Below, in pieces: positions 1 through 13,724 of a stretch of DNA of 64,000 nt. The notes beneath the pieces are model-generated. The model did not search any database, was not told the origin of the DNA, and saw only the letters and a program-made list of their open reading frames with translations. Each line of letters begins with the position of its first letter. The first letter of the stretch is position 1. This DNA comes from Parasitella parasitica NRRL 2501 (Eukaryota > Fungi > Mucoromycota), in NCBI GenBank assembly GCA_025201805.1, contig MU619262.1, forward strand, positions 65,978 through 129,977, in the 5' to 3' direction. The translations under genes and the position numbers were made by a program.

Positions 1-645
1 TCTTCTAGTAAACATCTATTTTCGGCAAAGCCAATGGGAAAATATTGTTCAAATTGGATATCAGCCATTTTTTTTTTCGATGTAGTTGTAAATGTATGGC
101 AAAATACAATTCCACTTTTATATGCATACACATTGTTTTTGCTGCGGTCTGCTATGTATACCACAACGATGGCCGCAGCACATGGTTGCATGATTTTCGT
201 TTTCTTACAAACCCTTTTTTGAAGTAAAAAAACAAAATAGAATTTAATAAATTTCATAAGTTTATGTATAGATATATTGAAAGATGCTATGATATAGTGT
301 ACTGATCCTTTGTTTTTTTGTTTTATTTTTTTCATTGTCGGCATTGCCAAAAACGCATAATAATATAAATATCTATGCTTATTAACACGGTAATCGGTTA
401 TACCGTCTTCATTTCAGTTCATGCCCTCATTGAACATGGACAGATAATTTTTAATAGAGTTTTTCCGTGTGGCCAGTTAGTCAATCTCAAGTGCAACATT
501 TTGAAGCAACAACAATTATCTTTATTTAAAGACGTACACATGAAAATTTGTATTAAAAAAGATAGTTTCTTGTAGAATGCATATCGTGCATATAGGTTGC
601 TAACAGACTTTTTCCCGTGTTGCTAGGAAATAATATAAATGAAAG

Positions 646-1932
646 TTAAGTGTTATTACTTTGATCACCCGTAACCTTGATATCCAAAATTTTCCACATA
701 AGCCATGAGCCTACAGTCCTGTAAGGCCTCCAAATATCTGTCATCTCAACCATATGATGGGGTAATGGAAATGATTTCTTCTTGTCAGAAGGCATTGCAA
801 GATTAAAATGCTGAGCAACCCCTCTACGAACCCCCAAATCACCTAAAGGCAAAACATCTGAATGTTTCAGGTTGAGCATGAGGAACATGTCTACAGTCCA
901 CTATGCGTTACAAAAATGTAAACTCTCACTTTTCAAACAAGATGCAACCGAGAAATTACCTGCCCAATGCCTTTGACTTGGGTCAATTGTTCACCGATTT
1001 CGGTACCAGACATATTGACAAAATTTTCAGGAGTGATAGTCTTGTCATTAAACTTTTGGGCAAGACATTGGATGTACTCAGCCTGCGCCATTAATATCCA
1101 TATTCAGCTACACTAGCTCCTAAAATATAATATACCTTTCTGGCAGATAGCCCTGCACTTCGTAATTCATCTGTTGATTTCTTCAAAACATCAGCAGGAG
1201 AAGGATACCAATCTTTACCTTCCTGGGAACCAAACAGCTGGATAAATCTGGCCTCAATGGAGGCAGCGGCCTTTCCATGTATTTGCTGGTAGATGATGCC
1301 ACTTGCAAGAGATCTGAAAGGGTCACTCTTTCTGTCTCTAGACATCCGTTCCTTAAAACTAGCCAGGACTTCATCGTTTATGTAAGACGCTAATTTGGGA
1401 TCATGCTTTTTGAAATGCTCAATGGCATTGTCAATATGGGTTTCCTCCGAAAGAATATACAAAGCAGACGGGGCATTTGACTAGTAGGAGGGAACTAAGC
1501 ATTTTTTGTTTATAAATGTGGGTTTGATACCCAACCAAAATCCTCTTACAAATTCAATGACCTTGGTCTTCTCAACCTTGGTTTTTTCAACCCTGATCCT
1601 TTCGACCTTGGACTTTTCAATGTTTCCCTTTTTGCTTTGTATCCTTAGAGCACTCAAAGCTTTCTGATCCTATAAACTAGTCGTTGAATTTAAAAACATA
1701 ATGGCCAATTAATCGCTTGAAATGCATTACCTTTTGGACAACAGATTTTTTCGAAATTCGACTGCGCAATTCAACCATGAGAAGCAATATGCATTTAGAC
1801 GTTTTCAAATCAAAAAGAGATTAAGAATACCTACATTTTTGATAACTTGGGGATCTTCTTTTCCTTGTAAGGTATTGCCGTCTTGTTAGCGAGTCTTCCG
1901 CTTTTACGAATGGTTGTAGTAACATTGGACAT
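646..1932 (-). CDS. MAG1: DNA-3-methyladenine glycosylase (AlkA/HhH-GPD family), multi-exon
   Basis: Exons encode DPFRSLASGIIYQQIHGKAA, LRSAGLSARK, VKGIG-WTVDMFLM and DVLPLGDLGVRRG...WRPYRTVGSWLMW (HhH-GPD motifs). Hand-spliced from ATG at 1932 using GT-AG introns. Confidence 0.9.
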
Positions 1933-2068
1933 AATGATGAGGTAGGAAAAGAGAAGTGTTTAGTTGACCTCTATCGAGTGACGGTGCGACATTTAATTTA
2001 TTCGCCTTTGAATTATAGCACTTGGTTCTTTTTCTTCTTTTCCCTTTTTAAAAATTCTTTATAGAATT

Positions 2069-5000
2069 ATGACAGTGCCAACATCTGAGGGTGTGCCCTC
2101 TTCCACGCCACCCTCTCTCGCTGAGCTCTCGAGAAGAGCAACAGTAGACAAAACAGATATGTCTAAATACTCTATTAGAAGTTGGATAGTAACTGTATCC
2201 AAATTATACGAGCAGGTAATTTTATTGATGGAAAAATGCCAAGCAAAATCCATGCCTAAAAAAAAATGAATCAGGGCGATTTCGAGTATCTCCAAAATTC
2301 TTTGGACGGGGCTTATGTTCATTATATGAAAGGTTGCAGGTAAATCTTGTTTGTAGAGTCTTGATAAACATCGATATTCAAGCCTTTATATCCGCAAGTA
2401 TTATGGTTGAAGTGATTGCCAAGCATAGCGATTACAAAGAAGCTAAAAAGGACTCTACGTATCGTCAGCTCAAAGCAGTAAGTTTAGATTTGGAGCGTCA
2501 GGTAGACCTTGTATTTAATAAGCATGATAGCGCACCAATGATGATATTCTGATGCGATTAGAAGAAATTAGCATAAAACTCCAGCACAGCAATCATGAAC
2601 GACCAGAAGACGGTTTTGTTCAGAAAGCGATGACTAGATACCCGCCTATAGATGATATGCCAATGCCCAGTCCGACCCATATCGATACGAGCAGTGTTTT
2701 GGATAGTCTTCCTTCCGTGCCCAAGCATATACCCAGAAACAATGGCGCACAAGCCAAATCAACGCGGAGAAACGACAGTAGCAGCAGCAGCAGCAGCAGC
2801 AGTAGCATCTCGAGTCCATCTGCTAATTTTATGAAAATGCCAGAACCTGAGCATCAACCTCAACCTCAACTTCAACATCCACAATCTTCTCCACCGCCCG
2901 TAAAAGCAAATCGATTGCAACTACCCACTCCTTCTTCAGAATTTTCAATCCCACCTACTGCAATTGTCGATCCAAGGCAACTTGCCTCATGGATTGTAAA
3001 GAAAAATGACGTCAAGCAACCGAGTGTATTGATTTTAGATGTTCGACCGCGACACACCTTTGACCAGGGATCTATCAAGCATAGATGGATTGCTCAAATT
3101 GAGCCATTAGTATTGAAGCAAGAGTAAGTCTATTGCATAAAGCCAAGAATATAATGCTCAAAGAAGATCTCTTTTTTTTCCAGTGTTTCGTCACAGAAAA
3201 TAGAAGAATCTATGGTCATGAACCCTGATGCAGAGCAGCAGATTTTTGCTGGTCGAAACCAATTTGACCTTGTTGTCTACTATGATCAAAACTCACAAGC
3301 GCTACAAAACGAAGCTCTTACTCATTTGCGAGCAGCTATTTACGAGCTTGAATTTAAAAAGGTATTGCAACGAGCTCCTGTGATGCTATCAGGTGGATTT
3401 GACGCTTGGAGACAAGTGATTGGAGAAAAGGGCATATACAAGTATAATGTCAATAATGACTTGCCCTCATCGAGTGCTCCAGATTCAGCTCACCAACAGA
3501 AACCACACTGGTTAAAGGATTGTGTAAGCAGAGGGTCAGATCAAAACCCGGCATTGACGCCAATAAAAGTGCATCACACATTCTATGATTATTTCAGCAG
3601 TTCTGGATCTTCTGGGGCCAAAGAATCGATGACAAAGTACACTGGCCGAAATGTAGCAACTCCTCCATTGAGAGGTGTATTTAGCAATACACTCCACCAG
3701 CCGTCCAATGCTACAACAACTACTTGCGCAATGCCTATACCCCGGCCTGCAGTACCCACTGCGTCTAAAGTGGAAACATTCAGAACCAAATACCCAGAGA
3801 TCCAACCCAATATGTCTAATTTGCAAAGAAAGAAAACATTTATCGACAACCCATTCCATGGATTCACATCTACAACTAATCAGCAGTTTGATGTACCTCC
3901 CTTGCCACCCAAACCTCAGCGGCCCTTGCCTGCAGTACCTGATTTAGCTGCAGTGCCTTCCGCACCTCCTTTACCGCCCAAAGTGCCGTATGCGTCTTCC
4001 CCCATCAATAATGCTTATCGCACTGCACCCGTATCAGACAATTCATTTTCTCAAATGGGCACTGTCCTGATTGGCACAACTGGCTTGAAGAATTTAGGCA
4101 ACACTTGTTTCATGAACTCGATTATTCAGTGTCTTAGTGGTACCATTCCTTTTGCTCGTTACTTTATCTCTGGTGTTTTCCGCCAACATATCAACAAGGA
4201 AAACTTCCTGGGTACGGGCGGTGTGTTGGTAGAAAACTTTGCTAGCCTACTGCGCACCATGTGGAGCGAAAATTACAATTTCATCTCACCAGTGCTGTTT
4301 CGAGAAGCACTGATCAAATTTGCGCCTCAATTCCGTGGCAGCGAGCAGCATGATTCTCAAGAATTTTTGAATTTCTTGCTGGATGGTATTCATGAAGACT
4401 GCAACTTGGTGAGAAAACGACCTAGTCCTCCTCCTGATTCTGCTGAACAAGAGGCGATGTTTGAACAGTTGCCTGATTGGAGAGCAAGTGCAATTGCTTG
4501 GGAAAGATATTTAGAACGTAACTCGAGTGTTGTCGTCAGTTTATTTCAGGGTCAATATCGTAGCAGATTGACATGCTTGACATGTCATGCAGTAAGTAGC
4601 AACCCCCTCCCCCTTTTTACCAGTAAAATATATGTATATGTCATTAACATGCGAAAATGTAGACTTCAACCACGTATAACTCATTCATGTCACTATCTTT
4701 ACCTATTCCTGCTAAACGAAGTGGCCCTCCTAGTGTCTCCATCTATCAATGCTTAGATTATTTTGTAAAAGAAGAAATCTTGGATAACAATGATGCGTGG
4801 CAATGTCCTAAATGTAAAACTCTACGACGAGCAAGTAAATCCCTAACACTATCAAAGCTGCCGGATGTTCTATTGATTCATTTGAAGCGTTTCTCTTTTG
4901 ATGGCCCTTTCAAAGATAAATTAGAAACAATAGTAGAATCTCCCTTGAGGTAAGTATGTGTAGTTCTTTGGTGAATTAATGCATATTAATGTCTCTTGTG

Positions 5001-5338
5001 TGTAGTGGCCTGGATCTATCTCATTATGTGCCATCGACAATGTTTCCCCCTGATCAATCATTTGAAAAATCGGTATTCAATTATGATTTATATGCTGTTT
5101 CTGTAAGTACTTTTTTTGTGTGTGTGTGTGTGTGTGTTTTATCATCAACTACTGACGTGCGGGATTACAGAACCATTTTGGTTCACTGACAGGTGGCCAT
5201 TATACTGCTTGTGTTCGTAATGGCTATAAAAACGAGTGGCATAATTTTGATGACTCTCGTTTCTCGGTTTGTGATGAGTCTAAGGTGTTAAGTAGGGCTG
5301 CTTACAACTTGTTCTATGTTCGATCCACTGTAAAATAA
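2069..5338 (+). CDS. DOA4: Ubiquitin C-terminal hydrolase, Doa4/USP8 type (N-terminal USP8 dimerisation region, rhodanese, USP catalytic domain)
   Basis: Rhodanese-like LILDVRPR and VVYYDQ. Cys box GLKNLGNTCFMNSIIQCL, QHDSQEFL, LLIHLKRF. His box NHFGSLTGGHYTA in the last exon, which ends TAA at 5338. Confidence 0.9.
5118..5137. repeat. (GT)n microsatellite in the last DOA4 intron
   Basis: Direct reading of gtgtgtgt tract. Confidence 0.9.
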
Positions 5339-5562
5339 CTGCCCTGAATTTTATCCACGTGATGTTTTATCGTTTCCTTGACAACCATGCATACATTTTA
5401 ATCTTTCATGTTTCAAGCAGAGAAATTTCACGTCCCCTTTCATCTCAACTTTTTTTTTCTTTCTTTATATAACATAAAAACGAAATGTAAGAACTAAGCT
5501 ATAATTTTATTCATTATCCACAAGAGTATTTAAATACTTACTGATAGATATCCTCGATAAAA

Positions 5563-6374
5563 ATGTCTGAATATTGGTAAATCAGGAGAAAGATCATGTT
5601 TCATGAAGATGACATACATTAACACAAATATCTAGTCCTGTCTATGCCCCTTTCTTTGGTACTATGGGCTGTGCTGCAGCCATTGTATTCAGTTGTAAGT
5701 GTTGATACGCGTTTATAAGTTTTGGTACCTGGAAATTGATGATGAATGATGGGTAGGCCTAGGTGCTGCTTACGGTACTGCCAAATCTGGCGTTGGCCTT
5801 TCTGCCATGGGTGTTTTGCGCCCTGATTTAGTATTGAAGTGTATTGTCCCTGTTGTTATGGCTGGTATCTTGGGTATCTACGGCGTCGTTGTATCTGTTC
5901 TTTTGTCGGGCGGCCGTAAGTTACTCTTTATATAGTGTATTTATGATCGACTCCCCAAAAAAAAAAGTCTTACAAATGTATTTCAGTTGCCATGAAGCAA
6001 ACTCTTTTTAGTGGTTTTATTCAAATGGCTGCTGGCCTTAGTGTCGGACTCTCATGCCTTGCTGGTAAGATAAAGGATTGGATGCATTCTTATTCTCATC
6101 AAAAATTGACATGTCTTGTTGTAAAATGTAGCTGGTATTGCAATTGGTATTACTGGTGATGCCGGTGTTCGTGCAACCGCACAACAGCCTAGAATGTTTG
6201 TTGGCATGGTATTTAGACAGATGATTGAAAGAGCAGAATGAAATATCGATTAACCCTTAATTTTTGGCATAGATTTTGATCCTGATTTTCGCCGAAGTTT
6301 TGGGTCTTTATGGCCTTATCGTTGCCCTGATTCTTAACACCAAGGCATCGGGCCAAGAAAACGTCTGCAACTAA
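5563..6374 (+). CDS. VMA3: V-type H+-ATPase 16 kDa proteolipid subunit c (6 exons; absent from the ORF track)
   Basis: Spliced translation [96 protein letters not shown], including the conserved proton-binding Glu. Confidence 0.95.
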
Positions 6375-7128
6375 AAAAGTAATAACCACGACATCTCCAT
6401 CAGCAAAATGTATCGCCAAACTATTGTGCTTTCACTCTCAATGCCCAAGAGAAGGAGACTAATTTAGCCCAGCGTTTGAATTTTAAGTTGCCCAGCTTTT
6501 CGTAATTAAATTGCCTTTTTTTTTTTTTTTTTAGTAATAATCGGACCAATTTTCTTATTTTACACTTGTAGCCTTCATTTCTTTCAATAATTAGCTTAAT
6601 TAACCAAATACCCTCTTTGGTTATTTGAATGAATAAGCGCTCTATCTATGACAACGTAGAATCCTTTCATCTCTTAATTATTGCCTGTAATATCAATATC
6701 CAAAGTTTTCTGTTGAAAACGTAAACATTGCTCAGTTGTAGTTCGCTTTGTTCTGCTTCTGCAGAGGTCGTATTAGGAGGTTTTGTTTTTTACCACTTTG
6801 GGTTTCCCTAGATGTTGTTCTGCACGCGAATGCTCATGTTTTACGACCTCTAGGGACGACATGGTTGTCATCAATGTCATAGTCATCTGGTAAATTGAGA
6901 GTGGAAGCATTATCAGTATAAATTCGACAAATACGTATCAATTTCATTTCTATAAATACAACGAGATGTTGCACCAATAAAAGATGCAAATTTATATATA
7001 AAACTCCCTCCCCTCGACTCCTGCTTGTATTGCGTCCCTGGAGATGTCCATATAGACAATGTCAAAAGAAGTATAAAACAACCTGCTCGATTCTTCTTTC
7101 TTTCTTCTTTTCTTTTTCTTTTACAACA

Positions 7129-8203
7129 ATGTCCTCTTTTGAAAATTTTACTGCTAATTTCTCCCACCTATCCTTTGATTTGCCAAAACCAGTCAATGGT
7201 ATCCAAGATGAACGACGTCAAAAGGGTACGTATACATTACTACTGATTGGTATTGCAAAACGTTGATTGCCCATAAATTTCATTAGAATCTGAACGCCCC
7301 AATATGACCCCTAGATCAAGAAGTCGGAATAAACAATGTATGCCTAGTGACGATGAAGAGGAAGAGGACGATGAAGAGGAGGAGGGAGACGATCAAGATT
7401 CTGATAATGAAATGAAGACACCTCGTGGTGTCCAAAACCTGGCCCAAAACCTGGCCTTTTCGACGGCTTCTGCCGTCAAAAAGCCAATTAGAAAGAGCCG
7501 GCCATTGCCCAGTGATGATGAAGACTCAGAAAATGAAGAACAAGGAGAATACCAAACAAGTTTTGTAGGAGAGAACAAGCTGCATCCGAATGGAAATCAT
7601 GCATATCAAGAGCACGCTAAACCCATGCAATACCATGTTAGTGGATTGCACCAAGAGAATGATAATAATGACGATGATGATAGAGCCCTGGTTACAAATC
7701 CTAATGCAGGACCCATTCTAACATTAGTTGAAGGCAGCCATCTTCAGCATCTGCATCACAAACGGCAGCAGCATCAAGCCCAATTGGATCGATTTCAATA
7801 CCTGCAACAGCAGCAATCGTCACAGCAGCATTACTATTATCAGCAGCAACAACACAGTAAAAGTAGAAGCAACGTAAGTATGTCTGGCATGGATTTATTA
7901 AAACAATTGGAGCAAGAAAAAGCAGATGCAAAAAGAGTAAAACCAAAACTAAACACGTCCAAAGTAAAGATTGAAGGTTTACTTGGCAAGTTGCCTGAGC
8001 CTGGATCCCACAATATCAGCTTTCAGCAAATCCAGCAACAACAACAACAACAGCAACAGCAACAGCAACAACACCACCATAACAATCATAGAAGAAAGAA
8101 TCAGTACCTTGACCCGTCTACTCTTGAAAAGCCAAGATCCCTTTCGCCCAATAGATTTAATAACCACCGCATTAGTAATAGCAACACTATTAATCATAAA
8201 TAA
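7129..8203 (+). CDS. Hypothetical low-complexity (acidic / poly-Q) protein, 2 exons
   Basis: ATG 7129 (MSSFENFTANFSHLSFDLP), GT-AG intron about 7226-7287, then a 300-codon ORF with D/E and Q runs. Confidence 0.65.
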
Positions 8204-8220
8204 AATTCAGGAGCAAAGAT

Positions 8221-9446
8221 CTAATTGAAATCATAGCCATCGCACAATTCACTGAAACAGCCTGGACAATCTACAAAGGCCCTAGAACATCCACATCCAC
8301 ATAACACTGTACCGTCTTCTGCCAAAATCGATGTTGGATGATCCATGATGGTCTGTGGCTGCGGCTGTGGCTGTGGCTGTAGTTGTGGCTGCGGTAGCGT
8401 TTTTGTTGAAGTGGTCGATGACGGTGCTGTAGCACAGATGGCTGCAATTGAGAGACGTCGTTTACTACTCGTTGAGCTATCAAATCCAATGTAAACATCA
8501 TTTTTTCCCTCTTTCATTGCTCGCAAAGGGTGTGCATCACATCCAATACAGGCGCACGAATCACCACATCGACATGTTACTATTCGGATCGTTTCGCCCT
8601 GCTGATTTTTTGAAGGCGGCCCACAGCAGGAAGTTGGTGGGGGAATATCGGGTATTGGAACAGGTTCTGCCGTTAGTGCATTGGAAGACGAAATTTCTGA
8701 TGCAGTAATTGGAAGACTGGCAATAGCTGTTGATGATTTGCTGCTACAGCAGCTACTGACAGGTTCTTTTCCAGCAGCAGTAGCAGCAGCAGCAGCAGCA
8801 GTAATCGGCGTAGTCGGCGTGGATGGGGTAGGCGTTGAGGGCGATGTCGAAGACTTACTACAGCAGCTTTTTGCTTCTAATTTTGGTGCAAGAAGTCGTA
8901 GGGATTCAATCTTCTTTTTCTTTTTAGGCACTGTTTCAAATAATGTCAGGGTCAGGCCAATACTGTATCAACACAATACATTACTTAATGGTGTGCTGGT
9001 CCTGTTACTATTATTACTGTTCTTCTTTGTCGCAGCAAGGCCTTTGTAGACATACATGTGTATAAAAGAAACCAAGGTGAATATTGTTGTCTGGACATAA
9101 CAACGGAAATAATGTGCACATGTATACCTGAATCATCGCAATCGCATTTGACGTGGAGCTGTCGAAGCACTCGCAAATCTCTACATCGCTTGCATTGCGT
9201 TGCAGGTCTACCTTTCCTTTTTATTGATATTAATTTGCGGTCTGTGTGCTTACAATGTGTAGCTCGGTGGCCCTGTTTCCATACAATTAAATAAGCATTT
9301 GCAAACGAACATTCAAACATTTTAGACCCTTACTTTAATACATGTCTCTGTGTTAAATGTCGGTTTGAACTAAATTATTGACTCGATTTATTAAATGCAT
9401 AAATATTAGACTTACCACAGGCCCACTTTTCGCCATTTATTAACAT
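8221..9446 (-). CDS. Copper-fist DNA-binding transcription factor (Ace1/Mac1/Cuf1 family)
   Basis: Spliced N-terminus MLINGEKWACETCIKGHRATHCKHTDRKLISIKRKGRPATQCKRCR matches the copper-fist domain. C-terminal Cys clusters (SCC x3, CRCGDSCACIGCDAH, CGCGC). Confidence 0.9.
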
Positions 9447-10386
9447 TTTTCACAGCTGAAATAACAAAAAAAAAGCTTTTTTTTTTTTATATATATATAT
9501 AGAAAGATTAAAAATATAAACAGGATTTGGAAGAGACTTGGGTGTTATTACAGTTGGTGATTGGATGAAACTAGCCAATAAATTCTCTGGACAAGCAGAA
9601 CTTGTCCAGCAACAGACTGTGGTGTGTCGTAAGCCCCTGGATGCATTGATGATGATGGCAAAGCTGGAGGCACAAATTGATCTGCATGATTACAAGCAAT
9701 TGATGATAAATAATAATACAAAAAGCTAATGTCTCAAGATAACCGAAGCTTTTACCCAAAGATGGTACGGTTTCACATCTAGGGTTACGAGAAAAAGCAT
9801 GACTACTACTACATATCAATCACAACAAAAGAAGAGCTATGGATATAGCGTTGATAGAGTTCTCGTCATTAGTATCAAAATTTATAGCGCTGACAAGAAG
9901 ACGTCAAACTGACTTTATTAGGTATAGCTTGTCCAAATAGTTTTCTGTTCCTGAGCTCCCTGTTTGGAGACCCTGGAACTTGGTGACTAATTTGTAAAGT
10001 TGCATGTCCCCCAGATATGTCAACCCAAACTAAAAATATTGGGAAAAAGTCGGAGTATTGTCAAGTTTGCATAAATGGAATGCTTATTCTGCAAGTCGGC
10101 CCCATGTTTATGATGAGTACAGTAGAATTTCAAGTTTTCAAGACAGTCTCCCGAGCCTGTATGTTGTTATATAGTCGAGCGATGTTTACAATTCATTATT
10201 ATCTCTTGCAAAAGACGCAAACAACTGCCTGCTAGCTAATGAGCAATCTAAAGAGCTGCAAGAACCGATAAAGCTTTAAACTTCAGCGTCAATTGTCACC
10301 ATTTGAAAGCACAGCCTATACACTGAACACAACAACTTTAAGGCTTCCGTGTTTTATTTTAATGCTATCACTAAACTCTGCATCCT

Positions 10387-11784
<1,398 letters not shown>

Positions 11785-12208
11785 TTTGCTGTTTGTTTTT
11801 AAAAACTGTGGAAAAAGTAGAAGAGGGAAAAGGAGGGATTGGCTAGATAAAATCTATTTTAAAAGGGGAATTGACGGAGACTCTATTCGTAATACAACAT
11901 TTGACGATGCTACTAGTACGGTACTCTTTTGGGCGAGTCAAAATTCAACTTTGGCAAAGCCAAGGTCATTCTGTAAGCATCGCGTGAGAGGATAGACGAG
12001 TTAGGCCTCTCTGCAAAATCAAGAAACAACATGATTTTAATTACACTTTTATTCATTATTCTTTTAAAACAAATATAATATTTCTCTTTTTTTTTCTTTT
12101 CTGTTTTTTCTGTTTTTTCTGTTTTTTGTTTTTGTTTTTTTTTTTACAATTGTACCGTAATGCCTCGCAGATGTAGCAACATCTCTTGAAACTTTTTTTC
12201 AAATATTT

Positions 12209-13724
12209 TTACAAACCTCGTTTTGTCTTGAGAATTTTTCTCGGTTTATCCACCTCTTGTTCTTCAAAGTCTCGCTTTCTTTTTCCAAGCATTGACTTTG
12301 TAGCAAAGAAATTTTCTTTGTCGATTGGTATGGGAAGCTTAGCGGAAGCAACCTCTTCTTGAGTGTTGGCAGCACCTGCTTGAGCGTTGGCAGCTTTGCT
12401 AGCTGAATTTTGGACAGCATCTGCTTGAGTGTTGGCAGTGGTGACAGCTGAATTTTGAGCAACATGATCAAGAGAAGTAACAAGAGTTCCGTTGTAACAA
12501 GTCTTCTTCCTCGACTTCGGGCTCAAGAGCAGACCACCATTGCAATCTAAGCCATCCTCACCCTCATCTTCTTCGAGTGAAGCTGCGGAACGCTTCTTGC
12601 CCTTTGCTGCTACAGTCAAAGCGTTCAAAGGTGATTCGCCACCGGATCGTGACAATGCAGCTAATGAGGCGTGTTCCGTTGCAGCCAAGGTAGGTAATTG
12701 GGATCCATGGTCTGGGGTAAGAGTGCTGCAAGATGCTTCCAAATTGTTGGCATTGCCGTATTTCTCTTTGCTGACTTCGTTGTTCTTGGCGACCGAAACG
12801 CTGACCGCTGAATTCGAAGCATTGCTATTTTTTTGATCCGAGTGGGCATTGCATAATTCTTTGTCTTCATTGTCGTCGCTGTCGTCACTGTCATCACTGT
12901 CATCAAAGAATGGATAATTGAACACTTCAGTTGGTGGCTCTTCATAATCAAAGATTTCGAAAGGAATATTTGAAAGAGCATCCAAATGTTTATCATTACT
13001 GGCATAGCCAGATTTTTCTTGATGGTTGTCTTGATTTTTGTTGACGTCTGAGATAGCTTCAAATGTAATCGGCGATTGTGGTCCAGCCTGATTAGCTTCT
13101 TGATCTGAGGAATGTGTATCATCAGCGGCGTCGATGAGGGCTTTAGAGTCATTATCGTTATCAATGGCTGTAGTACTGGCTACTGAAGATGACGATGATG
13201 AAGTTCGCGAGTCATCATTTGCATTTGCGAAATGATTTCCCAAATCTTTATCTTCATCATCTTCGTCATCTTCATCACTATGGAAATCTTCGTCGTCATT
13301 GTTTTCAAACCACCAGTCATTGTTATGATCAACATTAGCTGTGTCGTGGGTATCTGGTCCTTGATCTTGATCAGGCACATTGAGAGGAACTGCTGGCTGA
13401 TCTTGGCTGGATATGTTGAGAACGTCTGCGGCATGATCTTCATTTTCTGCCGGTGACGGAGTTTCAGGTTGGGGTGTGTTTTGTCTGGATTCTATGTAGC
13501 GCTTAACTCGCACAGCAGACTGGTAGAGGCTGGAAAAAGAGGAAAAAGGATTTAGTATGCTACTTGCTATAGATTGAATTCAATTCAAATTACCTATTGA
13601 TAAAAATATCTTTTATAAGAGGAATTTCAGGTGCATTTCTCGGTAGATCGAATTTCTGGCGGCTTGATGACAAAATGCGATCAACTATGTCTTCGGTGAT
13701 AAGAGGTTCTCCACTTGGATCCAT
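12209..13724 (-). CDS. Hypothetical acidic, disordered protein with basic NLS-like motifs, probably 2 exons
   Basis: 434-codon ORF 12209-13513 joined through a GT-AG intron to an upstream exon MDPSGEPLITEDIVDRIL. No recognisable domain. Confidence 0.55.
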
